Origin: a virus
Taxonomy: Duplodnaviria > Caudoviricetes
Virus record (IMG/VR): IMGVR_UViG_3300048574_000459
Span: 1 to 44,032 of that record
DNA: 44,032 nucleotides
Strand: one strand, 5' to 3'
Part shown: positions 8,657 to 18,315 of the stretch, in pieces
How positions within the stretch are numbered: position 1 is the stretch's first letter
Layout: each line of letters begins with the position of its first letter
The notes under the pieces: model-generated
Database searches by the model: none
The model's input: the letters and a program-made list of their open reading frames with translations, nothing else
What the model was told of the DNA's origin: nothing
Made by a program: the position numbers and the translations under genes

Positions 8657-10471
8657 CTATTGGTATTCAACGGCCAGGCCGTAGAGCTTCCCGGATCCCG
8701 TCAGGTCGAGCGAGAAACGCTCCCCTCGCTTGGCGGGCATCCGCTTCCGGTGCTGGGTACGTGCGCCGCTCGTCGTGATGGCGAAGGCGGCCGGGGGGTC
8801 TCCTACGTTGATCGTCGTGTCGTTGACCTTGGGAGTCGCTGTGAGCGCCCCCTCGGCATCCAGGCGCAGGACGGAGTAGAGCTTACCCTGGCGGGCGTCC
8901 TGCGCGTCGAGAAGGCCGGTCGAGTAGTGCCACGTGTTGCCGCCACCCGGCACTATCTGTACCAAGGTGGTGCCGATCAAGATGAATAGCGCTTCATCGG
9001 ATGGCCGCACGTAGGAAAACACAGACTGGCTGCCAGAGGTCGTCCAGATCGGCTCTCCACCCCTCAGGTCGCAGACGAGGCAGTGATTGAGCCGGGTCAC
9101 GCCGTTGAGGTTGGCTCCACTGTGGTAGATGTAAGCGCGGCCGCCTTGGAAGACCGTTCGCGGGTTAGTAAGCACCACGCGCTCTCCGAGCTTGTCGTAA
9201 CTGAGCGAGCGCGAGGCCCGCCCGTCGAAGAGCTCGACGCCGAAGGCCGACACGTAGAGCAGACCGAAGCCGACGCTCACGACGGAGCGCGGCGCCGAGC
9301 ATCCCCGAGTCCCTTGCACCTTGACGCGGCTCAAGGCCTCCGGATGGCTGCCGCTGATCGCGTAGATGCCCTCTGGGGTGAATACCGCCAGGAAGCCGCC
9401 CCAGGGTACTGCGCAGGTGATATCGGCCGGGAAGTCGTCGAAGGTGTACTCCTCGGGCCAAGCGTCGAAGTTGCCGACCTTGCTCCAGCGCAAGGCCTTG
9501 CCGATCCAGCCGAAGAGCATGCCGTTATGGGGACCGACGAGGCCGGTCAGGTTGGGAGGAGGATCGTGGTCGTCGGAGGTGAGGATGGCCGCCGAGGCGT
9601 AGTAGCTGGCTGGCTGGCCATCGGAATAGGTGGTCGTCGTGTTGTCGGGGATGGTCGCCACGTAGCGAAACTCGTTGCCGACCAGGCGGTAAATCTTGCG
9701 GCCGGTCACCCCGTCGCCGGCGGGAGCGGTCGGGATGTTGTAGAGGTCCGCAGACGAGGCGCACACAGACGCTAGCGTCCCTCGGACATGGGCCTTGCGA
9801 GGCGTGCCATTAGCCCCCCTCGTGACACCGCCAAGTCCCACAGCGTTATTGGTAAATGACCCTTCGACCTTGGTAGGCGTGGCAGAGGTGTACTTGATGA
9901 TCTCCCCATCCACCAGCAGGGCCCCGGAAGACGGGAAGGCCGCTATCGTGTACAGGTAGATGTCGTCGGTCTGGGTGTCGCTGATGGTGTTAAACAGCCC
10001 CCACCGATCGATCTGCGAACCAACCGGGAAGGATGGCGCTGACTCCTCGCCATCTGTACGAATGAAGGTCACGACGTATTGAATGTCGCTCCCTTCAAAG
10101 TTGACACCAGGAAACTCTCCCGATGTGAATCCTGCTGTCGGCGTGGTAGTTGGAGCCGGCACGCCAAGGCGAATAGGCGATCCCCCCACCTTCTGCTTTC
10201 CGGGCGTCCCTCCATCCGCCCAGTAGAGATACTGGCCAGACTCGGCGTACCAGCGGTCCGTAGTCGAGTGCTGCCAGGCTCCATTCCAGTAGGCGTAACT
10301 CTTCGTCCCTTCAGGTAAGCTGGTGATCGTCGTGCCGGCCCATGACTGCGGCACGATCGCCCCCGAGTCGAGCACGCAGTCATGGGCCCACGTCGCCTCT
10401 CCCGGCTTGAGCAGGTGAGGGGCGGCGCGCAAGTTCAGGCCGGTAAAGGCCGGGATTTGGATGCTAGGCAT
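8657..10471 (-). CDS. Podovirus tail nozzle/stabilisation protein (P22 gp10 / T7 gp12-like beta-propeller)
   Basis: F.GLN N-terminus, LRWS...DAWP and GC.APRSVV motifs, beta-rich; GGAGG SD before MPSIQIP. Confidence 0.7.
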   Translation of the reverse strand: MPSIQIPAFTGLNLRAAPHLLKPGEATWAHDCVLDSGAIVPQSWAGTTITSLPEGTKSYAYWNGAWQHSTTDRWYAESGQYLYWADGGTPGKQKVGGSPIRLGVPAPTTTPTAGFTSGEFPGVNFEGSDIQYVVTFIRTDGEESAPSFPVGSQIDRWGLFNTISDTQTDDIYLYTIAAFPSSGALLVDGEIIKYTSATPTKVEGSFTNNAVGLGGVTRGANGTPRKAHVRGTLASVCASSADLYNIPTAPAGDGVTGRKIYRLVGNEFRYVATIPDNTTTTYSDGQPASYYASAAILTSDDHDPPPNLTGLVGPHNGMLFGWIGKALRWSKVGNFDAWPEEYTFDDFPADITCAVPWGGFLAVFTPEGIYAISGSHPEALSRVKVQGTRGCSAPRSVVSVGFGLLYVSAFGVELFDGRASRSLSYDKLGERVVLTNPRTVFQGGRAYIYHSGANLNGVTRLNHCLVCDLRGGEPIWTTSGSQSVFSYVRPSDEALFILIGTTLVQIVPGGGNTWHYSTGLLDAQDARQGKLYSVLRLDAEGALTATPKVNDTTINVGDPPAAFAITTSGARTQHRKRMPAKRGERFSLDLTGSGKLYGLAVEYQ

Positions 10472-10519
10472 GGTGTCCTCCAAAGAGAATGCCCCCTCGG
10501 GGTGAGGGGGCGGGATGAT

Positions 10520-10723
10520 TCAGAGGGGAAGGGAGGGCGGCTCGGGCGGTTCCCATCCTTCCACTTCCGTCAGTTCTTCGCCGACCACGATGTACTTGCC
10601 GAGCGAGAACGTCTGGAGGAAGTCGACAGGCACGCTGGGTACGACGAGGATATTGCCCGTCGTGATCTGGTCCGCTTGACCTGCGGCGAGGATCTTGCCT
10701 GTGGAGTCGTACGAGATGTGCAT
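10520..10723 (-). CDS. Small tail-fibre-associated (assembly/chaperone-like) protein
   Basis: 67 aa with AAGGAG SD, immediately after the tail fibre. Confidence 0.55.
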   Translation of the reverse strand: MHISYDSTGKILAAGQADQITTGNILVVPSVPVDFLQTFSLGKYIVVGEELTEVEGWEPPEPPSLPL

Positions 10724-10732
10724 CTTGTCTCC

Positions 10733-13435
10733 TTATATTCCGGTGTAAATCTTTGAGACGTAACCTATGGTTTGATTTGCTATCCATACGTACGTGCCGT
10801 CGAAAGCCACTCCGTTTGGATTATTGCCGCCCGCAATTGTCGCAACGACGGTATCGGTGCTCGGGTTGATCTGTGAGACGTTGCCTGAGCCATAGTTGGT
10901 CACCCAGACGTGCGTACCATCGAAGCAGACTCCAGCAGGCTGGGATCCTACTGCAATTGTCGCAACGACGGTATCGGTGCTGGGATCGATCTTCGAGACG
11001 TTGCCTGAGCCATAGTTGGTCACCCAGACGTGCATACCATCGAAACAGACTCCAGCAGGAGCGCTCCCGACTGTGACTGTCGCGACGACGCTGTTGGTGC
11101 TGGGATCGATCTTCGAGACGTTGCCTGAGCCATAGTTGGTCACCCAGACGTGCGTACCATCGAAGCAGACTCCGCGTGGAACGGCCTCGACTGTGACTGT
11201 CGCAACGACGCTGTTGGTGCTCGGGTTGATCTTCGAGACGTTGCCTGAGCCATAGTTGGTCACCCAGACGTGCGTACCATCGAAGCAGACTCCGCGGGGA
11301 GTGCTCCCGACCGTAACTGTCGCAACGACGCTGTTGGTGCTGGGATTGATCTTCGAGACGTTGCCAGAGCCTTGGTTAGCTACCCAGATGTGCGTACCAT
11401 CGAAAACCAGACCGTTGCTTGGGTTGGTGCCTACCGTGACTGTTGCAACGACGCTGTTGGTGCTGGGATTGATCTTCGAGACGTTGCCAGAGCCTTGGTT
11501 AGCTACCCAGACGTGCGTGCCGTCGAAGCAGACTCCAACAGGAGAAGTTCCTACCGTAACCGTCGCAACTGGGGTACGCATGCTCTGGTAGGTCAGTCCC
11601 AGCGCCAAGGCTAGCAACGGGTCTCCGATATACTTGCGCTTCGCTGCCTTCCCGTCGAGAGCAGCCTGAAGGCCGGTCACATTGGCGATCGTGTGGGTAT
11701 GAGATGCTGCTGCCTTGCCGTCCAGGGCGGACTGGAGCCCCGTCACGTCGCCTATGACGTGCCCATGGCCGACAGGGGACTTCCCATCCAATGCCGTCTG
11801 AAGCCCGGTGATACCGGCGATCGCATGGCCGTGGGTGGAGATGGTGCCCGACAGCAGCTCTTCGATGCGAGCCTTGGTCATGGCTGCCCGCGAGCGCACG
11901 TCCGTAAAGTACTGATTCGAGCCTTCGGCCACGTCCGAGGTCGTCAGCGTGACCGCGCCCGTCTTGCCGTTGACCGAGAGCACGGCATCGGTCGGGGTGA
12001 GCATCTCCTGCCAGTTGGCGAGCGTGCTTGCGGGCTCGGCCTGAAGGATGAAGGTCTTGTTGAGGTCCGACCGCACGGCCACGTCGCCCTTCTGAGCTGA
12101 GAGCGCGAGCATGGCCGCCTGCGTGTTGACCACGAAGGTATCCACGATGGCAATCGCCGGCAGCTGGGACGAGGGGATCTTGCCATCAGCGCCGAGCGAA
12201 GGATAGCCGTTTGCTGCGCCCTTGCGGCTGATCTGCTCGTAGCGCGTATCAGCTGCCGTCTGGTTGATGGCTCCGGCCTGGATGCCGTCGAGCTTGGCCT
12301 TATCGGCTCCGGTCATGAAGCCGGCGGCTCCGCTCGCGATGGCATTGGCGTGGGCACCTCCGCCCGTGCCGACGTGCCCAAGAGGAGCATAGGTAGAGTC
12401 ATGGTTGTGGCTGGTCGACGACTTCCCATCAAGGGCGGACTGGAGGCCGCTCACGTCGCCTATGGCGTGCCCATGGCCGGTGTTCGACTTGCCGTCCAAG
12501 GCCGTCTGCAAACCGTCCACGTTGGCGATGACATGGTTATGAGAATCGTCGGCTACGGTCGTCGTGATCGTGGCGTTGGCGGAGCCGTCGAAGGACACCG
12601 AGCCCGACACGTTCCCGGTCAGGGAGATCGTGCGCGCCGTCTGGAGCTTCGATGCGCTACCAGCGTTTCCGGTGATGCTGGCATGGTCATGCGCCGTCGG
12701 GGCCTTACCGCTCAGCGCAGCATCGACCTCGGCCTCCGTGTAATAGCGGTCGTCATGGTCTGCGCTCGCCGGCGCATGGTGGTTGTCGATCGCCGTCTTC
12801 ACGAAGGCCGTGGTCGCGATCTGCGTGGTATTCGTGCCTACGGCGGCCGTGGGCGCGGTGGGGGTGTCGGTGAGCGCAGGGGATGCGAGGGGGGCCTTGG
12901 TGGCCAGGGCTGAGTCAAGGCCCGTTACCTGGGCAGTGGTGTGCGTGTGCGAGCTCGCGGCTTTCCCGTCGAGGGCAGCTTGAAGTCCAGACACGTCAGC
13001 AACCGCATGCCCATGACCGACGTTCGACTTCTCGACGAGCGCGGCCGTGACCTCGTCCTCGGTGAAGTAGCGATCGTCGTGGTTGTGGCCGACAGGGGAC
13101 TTCCCATCCAGAGCGCCTGGCAGCCCGGAGACGTCAGCGACAGCATGACCATGGCCTACGTCGCTCTTCCCGCCCAGCGCGGTATCGACCTCAGCCTTAG
13201 AGTAGGTATCCTCTCCCAGGTCCCAGATCGCCTCCATGGCTTCGCTAAGGGCGCCGTCGACGTCAGGCGCCTCGAAGTTCTCCGCGGCCCCACCTTCCTT
13301 CAGGGGGATGACCGAGGCGTTAATTTTCGTACCCTCGCGTGTCCCGCCGTTGCTGGTGGGTACGTCGACGGTGCCGGTCCCCAGCTCCAGGTCTTCGCCG
13401 ACGAGCTTCGCCTTGGTTACTTTCACGCGTGCCAT
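10733..13435 (-). CDS. Tail fibre/receptor-binding protein with phage-tail H-x-H repeats and a C-terminal 7-blade YVTN beta-propeller
   Basis: Repeated GHGH(A/V)(I/V)xDVxGLQxALDGK; seven 40-aa repeats VATVTVGxxPxGVCFDGTHVWVTNYGSGNVSKI. Confidence 0.88.
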   Translation of the reverse strand: MARVKVTKAKLVGEDLELGTGTVDVPTSNGGTREGTKINASVIPLKEGGAAENFEAPDVDGALSEAMEAIWDLGEDTYSKAEVDTALGGKSDVGHGHAVADVSGLPGALDGKSPVGHNHDDRYFTEDEVTAALVEKSNVGHGHAVADVSGLQAALDGKAASSHTHTTAQVTGLDSALATKAPLASPALTDTPTAPTAAVGTNTTQIATTAFVKTAIDNHHAPASADHDDRYYTEAEVDAALSGKAPTAHDHASITGNAGSASKLQTARTISLTGNVSGSVSFDGSANATITTTVADDSHNHVIANVDGLQTALDGKSNTGHGHAIGDVSGLQSALDGKSSTSHNHDSTYAPLGHVGTGGGAHANAIASGAAGFMTGADKAKLDGIQAGAINQTAADTRYEQISRKGAANGYPSLGADGKIPSSQLPAIAIVDTFVVNTQAAMLALSAQKGDVAVRSDLNKTFILQAEPASTLANWQEMLTPTDAVLSVNGKTGAVTLTTSDVAEGSNQYFTDVRSRAAMTKARIEELLSGTISTHGHAIAGITGLQTALDGKSPVGHGHVIGDVTGLQSALDGKAAASHTHTIANVTGLQAALDGKAAKRKYIGDPLLALALGLTYQSMRTPVATVTVGTSPVGVCFDGTHVWVANQGSGNVSKINPSTNSVVATVTVGTNPSNGLVFDGTHIWVANQGSGNVSKINPSTNSVVATVTVGSTPRGVCFDGTHVWVTNYGSGNVSKINPSTNSVVATVTVEAVPRGVCFDGTHVWVTNYGSGNVSKIDPSTNSVVATVTVGSAPAGVCFDGMHVWVTNYGSGNVSKIDPSTDTVVATIAVGSQPAGVCFDGTHVWVTNYGSGNVSQINPSTDTVVATIAGGNNPNGVAFDGTYVWIANQTIGYVSKIYTGI
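10750..11576 (-). repeat. ~120-bp tandem coding repeats (7 copies)
   Basis: Near-identical units visible at a 120-nt period (one unit 123 nt). Confidence 0.95.
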
Positions 13436-13447
13436 GATGCTTTCCCC

Positions 13448-14206
13448 CTAGAAGTATTGCGGGCGTACCCGGCGAGTGTGGGACGGTTGGAAGGTCTGGG
13501 CGGCCTCGCCTTTGGCCTTCTTTAGCTGAGCCTCGAACTCCGCAAGGTGGGGCGCGCCGCGCTCGGGCTCACCGTTGCGCGTGAGCAGATGGCCCGCCGC
13601 ATATGCCGAGAGGCAGTCGTGATACTGACGCGGAATCTCTGGAGTCCCGTCGTCAGCCGCGAGGGTTGTGGGATAGCGGATGAAGTCCACGCGCATGACC
13701 CATTCCAGGTCCTCAACCCCTTCGAGTGAGACGATGATCCCGGATTCTTGGTTGACGGTCGTCGGGATGAGCGTGAAGCCCACCGGGGCTCCCTCTTCCT
13801 GGTCCGCCTCGAATTCGACCTGGTTAAAAACCACGCCATCGCTCGAAGGGATGGGGTAGAGGCGAAGCTTCGCGTGGCCTACAAGGTCACGGAGGTAATG
13901 CGTCGGTTCGCCCACCTCCGTGCTCCAGTCGCAGTTCCTCGCGTCCAGCTCAAGGTATGAGACCGGCAGGATGCGCCGTTCGCCCACAGAGACACGAACG
14001 ACGCGCAGCACCGCCTCAGGTAGCTGATAATCAGCCTGCCCGGACACTAGCTCGATGAGCGCCGAGTCCCGGAGGTAATCGCTCCGATCGCAGAACTCGA
14101 GCAAGCCTCGATTGATGAGCTGGTCAACCTCGATGGGAGACGCGGCGTCCCCCGCGAGGTCCCGGACCATGTTGAGGGTCTGGCGGCGAATCTCCCCGAG
14201 GTTCAT
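13448..14206 (-). CDS. Head-tail adaptor-like protein
   Basis: L.SGQADYQLP, G.PTHY, LRLYPIP and PEIP..YH..L..YA motifs. Confidence 0.7.
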   Translation of the reverse strand: MNLGEIRRQTLNMVRDLAGDAASPIEVDQLINRGLLEFCDRSDYLRDSALIELVSGQADYQLPEAVLRVVRVSVGERRILPVSYLELDARNCDWSTEVGEPTHYLRDLVGHAKLRLYPIPSSDGVVFNQVEFEADQEEGAPVGFTLIPTTVNQESGIIVSLEGVEDLEWVMRVDFIRYPTTLAADDGTPEIPRQYHDCLSAYAAGHLLTRNGEPERGAPHLAEFEAQLKKAKGEAAQTFQPSHTRRVRPQYF

Positions 14207-14209
14207 GGC

Positions 14210-14866
14210 TTACCTCCTTGCGTCGCGCGGGACCGGGGCCAGGGACTGGAGTTGGGAGCGGTTCATGCTCTTGGTTACTTGGTCCGAGGCGAGGTCAATC
14301 TGGTCCTCGTACTGCTGCCAGAAGATCGACGCTTTCTCAGGGTTCCGAGTGTCGCCTTCCTTCAGGAATGCTCTGCTGAGGGCGTAGAGCACGAGGGCAT
14401 GATGGTACTCGTCGGGAATCTTGGAGATGTCGGTATCGCCTGAGAGGTCAGCAGGGATGAGCGCCACGGAGACATTGAGGACCTTCACCGCCGCCGCCGC
14501 GTCAGGGGCGGGGTAGAACTTCACCTTGTCGGCGCCGTCGAGGCCGTAGAGGTAGGCCTTGGGCGTGCTGGGCGTCGCCGTCTCCCAGGTGGGTTCTAGG
14601 CGGTCCAACCTAGGCTCATTCTCCTGGTGGAGGGGCTTCTTGTCGTGGGTGACACGCAGGATCCGAATGGTGTTGGGCGGTAGTTCGTAAAGAGCCGTGC
14701 CGGCGGTCAAGGTAATGAGCTTGGCCTCTCGGACGCTAAGCGTACGGATGGCGAAGTCGGCCTGAGCCTCGTTGAGCCAAGTAGAGACCTCGGTACTGTT
14801 CCAGAAGGCGCCGTCGTCGGCGGCCGTCAGATAGAATTTGGCGCGAAGTTGAGCGTGGGTTGACAT
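14210..14866 (-). CDS. Head-tail adaptor-like protein (paralog of the downstream gene)
   Basis: WLNEAQ, LTAGTALYELP, KFYPAP and IPDEYHHALVLYA motifs. Confidence 0.72.
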   Translation of the reverse strand: MSTHAQLRAKFYLTAADDGAFWNSTEVSTWLNEAQADFAIRTLSVREAKLITLTAGTALYELPPNTIRILRVTHDKKPLHQENEPRLDRLEPTWETATPSTPKAYLYGLDGADKVKFYPAPDAAAAVKVLNVSVALIPADLSGDTDISKIPDEYHHALVLYALSRAFLKEGDTRNPEKASIFWQQYEDQIDLASDQVTKSMNRSQLQSLAPVPRDARR

Positions 14867-14899
14867 GGATGCCTCCTATGACCGCCGGGCGGCGGGTGG

Positions 14900-15088
14900 T
14901 TACTGAGGAAGGACGGAGGGTTCGGCCGAGACGACGGACGCCTTGGCCGCGTTGAAGGCTTCGCTGAGCTGCTGGATCTCGATCTCCAGGCCGGCGATCG
15001 TCTCGCGGGTGTCGGCCAGCTTGCGGCGCTCCTCGGTGAGGCGAGCAAGAGCCGCTTCGAGCTTCTGTGCGATTTCGGTCAGGGACAT
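14900..15088 (-). CDS. Small coiled-coil protein
   Basis: 62 aa, heptad pattern, AAGGAG SD. Confidence 0.6.
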   Translation of the reverse strand: MSLTEIAQKLEAALARLTEERRKLADTRETIAGLEIEIQQLSEAFNAAKASVVSAEPSVLPQ

Positions 15089-15091
15089 GGC

Positions 15092-15664
15092 TTACTCCTT
15101 TGGGGCGTCGGTGGAGGCAGACTTGGGGGGACGGCCGCGCTTGGGGGCATCGGCAGGGGGATCCTGGGGTGGGGTGTCGGCCGTAGGGGCATCGGTGACC
15201 TGCTTGGCCTCGGGCTTGTCCAACGGGTTCGCGGGGTCGATCTTCGGGGGCGGGGTCTGCTCGCCGGCCAAGAGAGCAGCAACACGCGCTTCCAAGTCGG
15301 TGATGTGGGCAGTAAGCCGCACGTTAGCCTTCTCAAGCGCCGTGTTCTGATTACGAAGCTCGAGGAGCTCGTTGCGCACCGCCTTGACGTCTTCCACGAC
15401 ACCGAGAACAGGGCCGGTGACTTCGCCAACCGCGGCAGCATGCATGGCGGCAATCGTTTCGCACGCCTTCTCGTAATCGCCCTTCAACTGCGTGCTTTCG
15501 GCGGTTTCCGTGATGACGGCGGCGAACTGCCCCGGCCAGTGGTTGAGGATGCTCTTGACCTTGTGGGGCGGGACGGGCAACGGTTCGCCCTTCTTGAACT
15601 CTCCGACACCGGAAACCGTCTTGCTGCCAAGTGTTCCGATATAGACGAGGTGGGTGATGTTCAT
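15092..15664 (-). CDS. Hypothetical virion-region protein (coiled coil, Pro-rich tail ending in an AT-hook-like KRGRP)
   Basis: 190-aa ORF with AGGAG SD after the capsid-region terminator. Confidence 0.6.
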   Translation of the reverse strand: MNITHLVYIGTLGSKTVSGVGEFKKGEPLPVPPHKVKSILNHWPGQFAAVITETAESTQLKGDYEKACETIAAMHAAAVGEVTGPVLGVVEDVKAVRNELLELRNQNTALEKANVRLTAHITDLEARVAALLAGEQTPPPKIDPANPLDKPEAKQVTDAPTADTPPQDPPADAPKRGRPPKSASTDAPKE

Positions 15665-15680
15665 GGTCTTGCTCCTATGG

Positions 15681-15710
15681 AAAGGGCCTCCGGAGCAATC
15701 CGGAGGCCCT
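15681..15710 (-). terminator. Strong hairpin after the capsid/cement genes
   Basis: AGGGCCTCCGGA-TTGC-TCCGGAGGCCCT followed by TT. Confidence 0.65.
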
Positions 15711-15720
15711 CGGCCGTCGC

Positions 15721-16176
15721 CTAGAAGTCGATGCCGTCGAGGGTCGCCACGCCGAGCATGACTTGAACGATTGCCCGGCCTGCCGTCGCACCGGCGTTGG
15801 CAGCCGTGAACGTGAGCAGGAGCTTGCCATCCTGCATGAACAGGTAGCCGTTCAGGTTGTCTTCGGAGTTGGATGCGATCTTCGGCTCGGTGCCGCCCGC
15901 ATCGCTCTGTGTCTGGAGAGCGGTGGAGGTCGCCTTCATCAGGGCGTCCGTGTCGCCTGTGACGCCGATGAGCAAGGATGCGTTGGCATCCGAAGTCGTG
16001 AACGCGGTCGGGACGACCACAGACACACCACGCGACGGGATGTAAGTACCGGCCTGCACCGGAATCTCGATGGTCTGCGAGGCCGCATTGTGGGTGATCT
16101 CGACGTGGAAGACGGTGGGGTAGGAGTTATTGGGAACGGGCATCCCCGAGGGGACGCCCTTGATTCCGATAGGCAT
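15721..16176 (-). CDS. Capsid decoration/cement-like protein
   Basis: Beta-rich 151 aa directly after the MCP; V.TAF...L.IG..GD and ATAGRA.V motifs. Confidence 0.6.
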   Translation of the reverse strand: MPIGIKGVPSGMPVPNNSYPTVFHVEITHNAASQTIEIPVQAGTYIPSRGVSVVVPTAFTTSDANASLLIGVTGDTDALMKATSTALQTQSDAGGTEPKIASNSEDNLNGYLFMQDGKLLLTFTAANAGATAGRAIVQVMLGVATLDGIDF

Positions 16177-16194
16177 TGTCAGCCCCTTTCCGCG

Positions 16195-17289
16195 CTACGA
16201 GCGCTTGTAGAAATCGACGGCGAGCGCGTTGCGGCGAGCACCGTTGAAGATCGTCCCCTTGGCGCCGAGCATGGCGCCGATGGAGATGAGGTTGATCCAG
16301 TCGTGGGTATCCTCGACGCCTTCCCACCACTCCCAGTCCATGACCTTGGCGAAGTGAAGCGCGTCCTTGCCGAGAATCAGGCCGCGTCCGACGTTCGCCA
16401 GAGGGTCCAGGCAGTTGCCGTACTCCAGGAAGACGAAGGGGCCGTACTTCACCAGCTTCCGCTTGAGGAGCTGATTCAGGGCGCCGTCATACTGGGTGAC
16501 GGACTCGCGGTAGTCGGGGTCAGCGCGGAGTTGCTCGACGCCACGACCAGGCAGAACGAAGAGGAAACCCTCCTCGCCGTTGCCGAGATCGCAGGGCTCG
16601 AGCGGGATATCCAAGTCCTCGGTCGCTGTGGTGATGAGCCGATCGAGGAAGTCGGCCGTCAGAACGGCGGTCGGGTCGGCGGCAACCTGCGAGTCGTTCG
16701 ACTTACCGCCAGCGTAGACGATGTGGCCGGCGTCGAACTCCTGGACCTCGTTGTTGAAGACGGTCGAGCAGTCCCTTGGCAGGTTGAGCCGGTCCACGAC
16801 GGCGGTATTGGCCGGATTCTTGATGCCAAACAGGTGCGCGTTGATCACGCCCTCAGTCGTCCGGCGGGCCCACGACGCACCCGCCACCTTGGCCTCCTCG
16901 CGGAAGTTCAGGGTGGTTTTCTTGTCGTTCAGCTTGCCCTCGCTGGTGATGGGCGGGATGCGCGCCGCATCGTACTTGAGCTTCATGTCGTAGGGCGTGA
17001 GGGTGGTCTTCTGATTCTTCGCCCGGGCGTCGCCCATCACCGGCTTGGTATTGACGCTTGCCACGTTCGGCAGAGTCAGTTCGTCACCGGGCTTGGTGCG
17101 GAACTCGCCGTGGACCTTGATGATCGGCGCGCCTTTGCCGTAATCGGGATGGCGGATGACGCCCTTGGCGGTGGGGCCGGCGGGGTACATCAAGGGCGCC
17201 CAGATGAGCTTGTGCTCTGCGTTGCGCGTGACCTTCTCGGACCACGCCTTGTTGGTGAGAGGGTGGTTCTCTCCGAATTTCCAAGACAT
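16195..17289 (-). CDS. Major capsid protein (N4-gp56/DUF4043-like)
   Basis: KAWS, PGDELT, QLRADPDY and GRGLILGKDAL motifs; follows the scaffold; AGGAG SD. Confidence 0.85.
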   Translation of the reverse strand: MSWKFGENHPLTNKAWSEKVTRNAEHKLIWAPLMYPAGPTAKGVIRHPDYGKGAPIIKVHGEFRTKPGDELTLPNVASVNTKPVMGDARAKNQKTTLTPYDMKLKYDAARIPPITSEGKLNDKKTTLNFREEAKVAGASWARRTTEGVINAHLFGIKNPANTAVVDRLNLPRDCSTVFNNEVQEFDAGHIVYAGGKSNDSQVAADPTAVLTADFLDRLITTATEDLDIPLEPCDLGNGEEGFLFVLPGRGVEQLRADPDYRESVTQYDGALNQLLKRKLVKYGPFVFLEYGNCLDPLANVGRGLILGKDALHFAKVMDWEWWEGVEDTHDWINLISIGAMLGAKGTIFNGARRNALAVDFYKRS

Positions 17290-17302
17290 AGGTTGTCTCC
17301 TA

Positions 17303-17332
17303 TAAAAGACAAAGGCGAGCCGAAGCCCGCCT
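17303..17332 (-). terminator. Hairpin with U-tract between scaffold and MCP
   Basis: AGGCGGGC-TTCG-GCTCGCCT followed by TTGTCTTTT. Confidence 0.55.
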
Positions 17333-18170
17333 AGTCGCCGTTCGTGATTCTGTCCAGTTCCTCATCCGTCATCTGCCGGGGATCCTTGGCTTTCTCGACC
17401 CCCGGCGTGACGGACCCGGCCCGACTGAGCCCATTAGGCCCAGCGAGCGGCTGTTGTTGCTTGCCCATGGCCTCGGCTACCATCTGCTGAGCCAAAACCT
17501 GAGCTTGGGCTTTGACGGCCTCCTCGCTCGGCGGGGCGCTCGCGGTGAGACGCTTGCCGAGCTGGTAGAAGGCCATCGCGGGGTTGGGGTGGTTCGCGAA
17601 CTGCCGGTCGGCCGCCTGGACGATCGGCCCAAGCACGGGATCGTCACCGAGCTTCACCAAGGCCTGCATCGTATCCTCAAAGTCGGGCAAGGCTTGCCTA
17701 GCAAGCTCCCGGCTCATTTCTACGCGCATGGCCTGCATCTGCTGGCCGAACTCCCCGCGCATCCCCTCGATCTGCTGCTGGGTGAACTGAGCGAGTTCGG
17801 TGTCAAAGAACTCTGGCTGCTCAGCCTGCGGCTGAACGACCTGGAGTCCCATCTGCGCTGCAACCTGTGCGAGTGCGTTGGGATCCCGAAACAGGGCCTC
17901 GTACTGTTGCCGGCGTTCGCGTTCCTGCCTGAGAGCAACGGAAAGGTCTCCGCGGTCCCTCTCGGGCTGCTGGTCGTTCCCCGGTGCGCCCTGGGGAGTA
18001 GCTTCCGCCGCGGGGGCGGGAGGCTGTGCGGGTGGCGAGGCCGCAGGCTCTTGGGTGCTGGTCGAGGGATCTTGAGCGCCTTCCGGATTGGCGTCCTCGT
18101 CACCCCCGAGCGCCATACGCTCCAGCTCATCGTCCGAGATACCGCTGAGGTCTTGAACTTCGTCTTCCAT
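17331..18170 (-). CDS. Capsid scaffolding protein
   Basis: Acidic/Pro-rich N-terminus, ALRQERERRQ coiled coil, C-terminal MTDEEL; between portal and MCP; start MEDEVQ with AAGGAG SD. Confidence 0.78.
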   Translation of the reverse strand: MEDEVQDLSGISDDELERMALGGDEDANPEGAQDPSTSTQEPAASPPAQPPAPAAEATPQGAPGNDQQPERDRGDLSVALRQERERRQQYEALFRDPNALAQVAAQMGLQVVQPQAEQPEFFDTELAQFTQQQIEGMRGEFGQQMQAMRVEMSRELARQALPDFEDTMQALVKLGDDPVLGPIVQAADRQFANHPNPAMAFYQLGKRLTASAPPSEEAVKAQAQVLAQQMVAEAMGKQQQPLAGPNGLSRAGSVTPGVEKAKDPRQMTDEELDRITNGD

Positions 18171-18315
18171 TTGCTCTCTCCTTGCCACTTTGCGCCGTGG
18201 CCGCGACAACAGCCTGAACCCCAGGCAGGAGGGCCTCCCAGGCGAACGAGAGGATTGCGCCGATTGGAAAGCCGCCCCCAGGCCGAAACCCAGGAGTGGC
18301 AAACTTGGTTAGGTG

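Noticed and set aside
8476-8670. ORF-track 64-aa ORF MNTNRRQ...
   Set aside because: An alternative frame (8505-8648) has a proper SD and a coiled-coil product, and this ORF runs through a terminator.
10750-11576. 120-bp repeats as a CRISPR array or DGR template/variable pair
   Set aside because: They are in-frame coding repeats with no unique spacers; there is no cas or reverse transcriptase gene and no adenine-specific pattern was evident.
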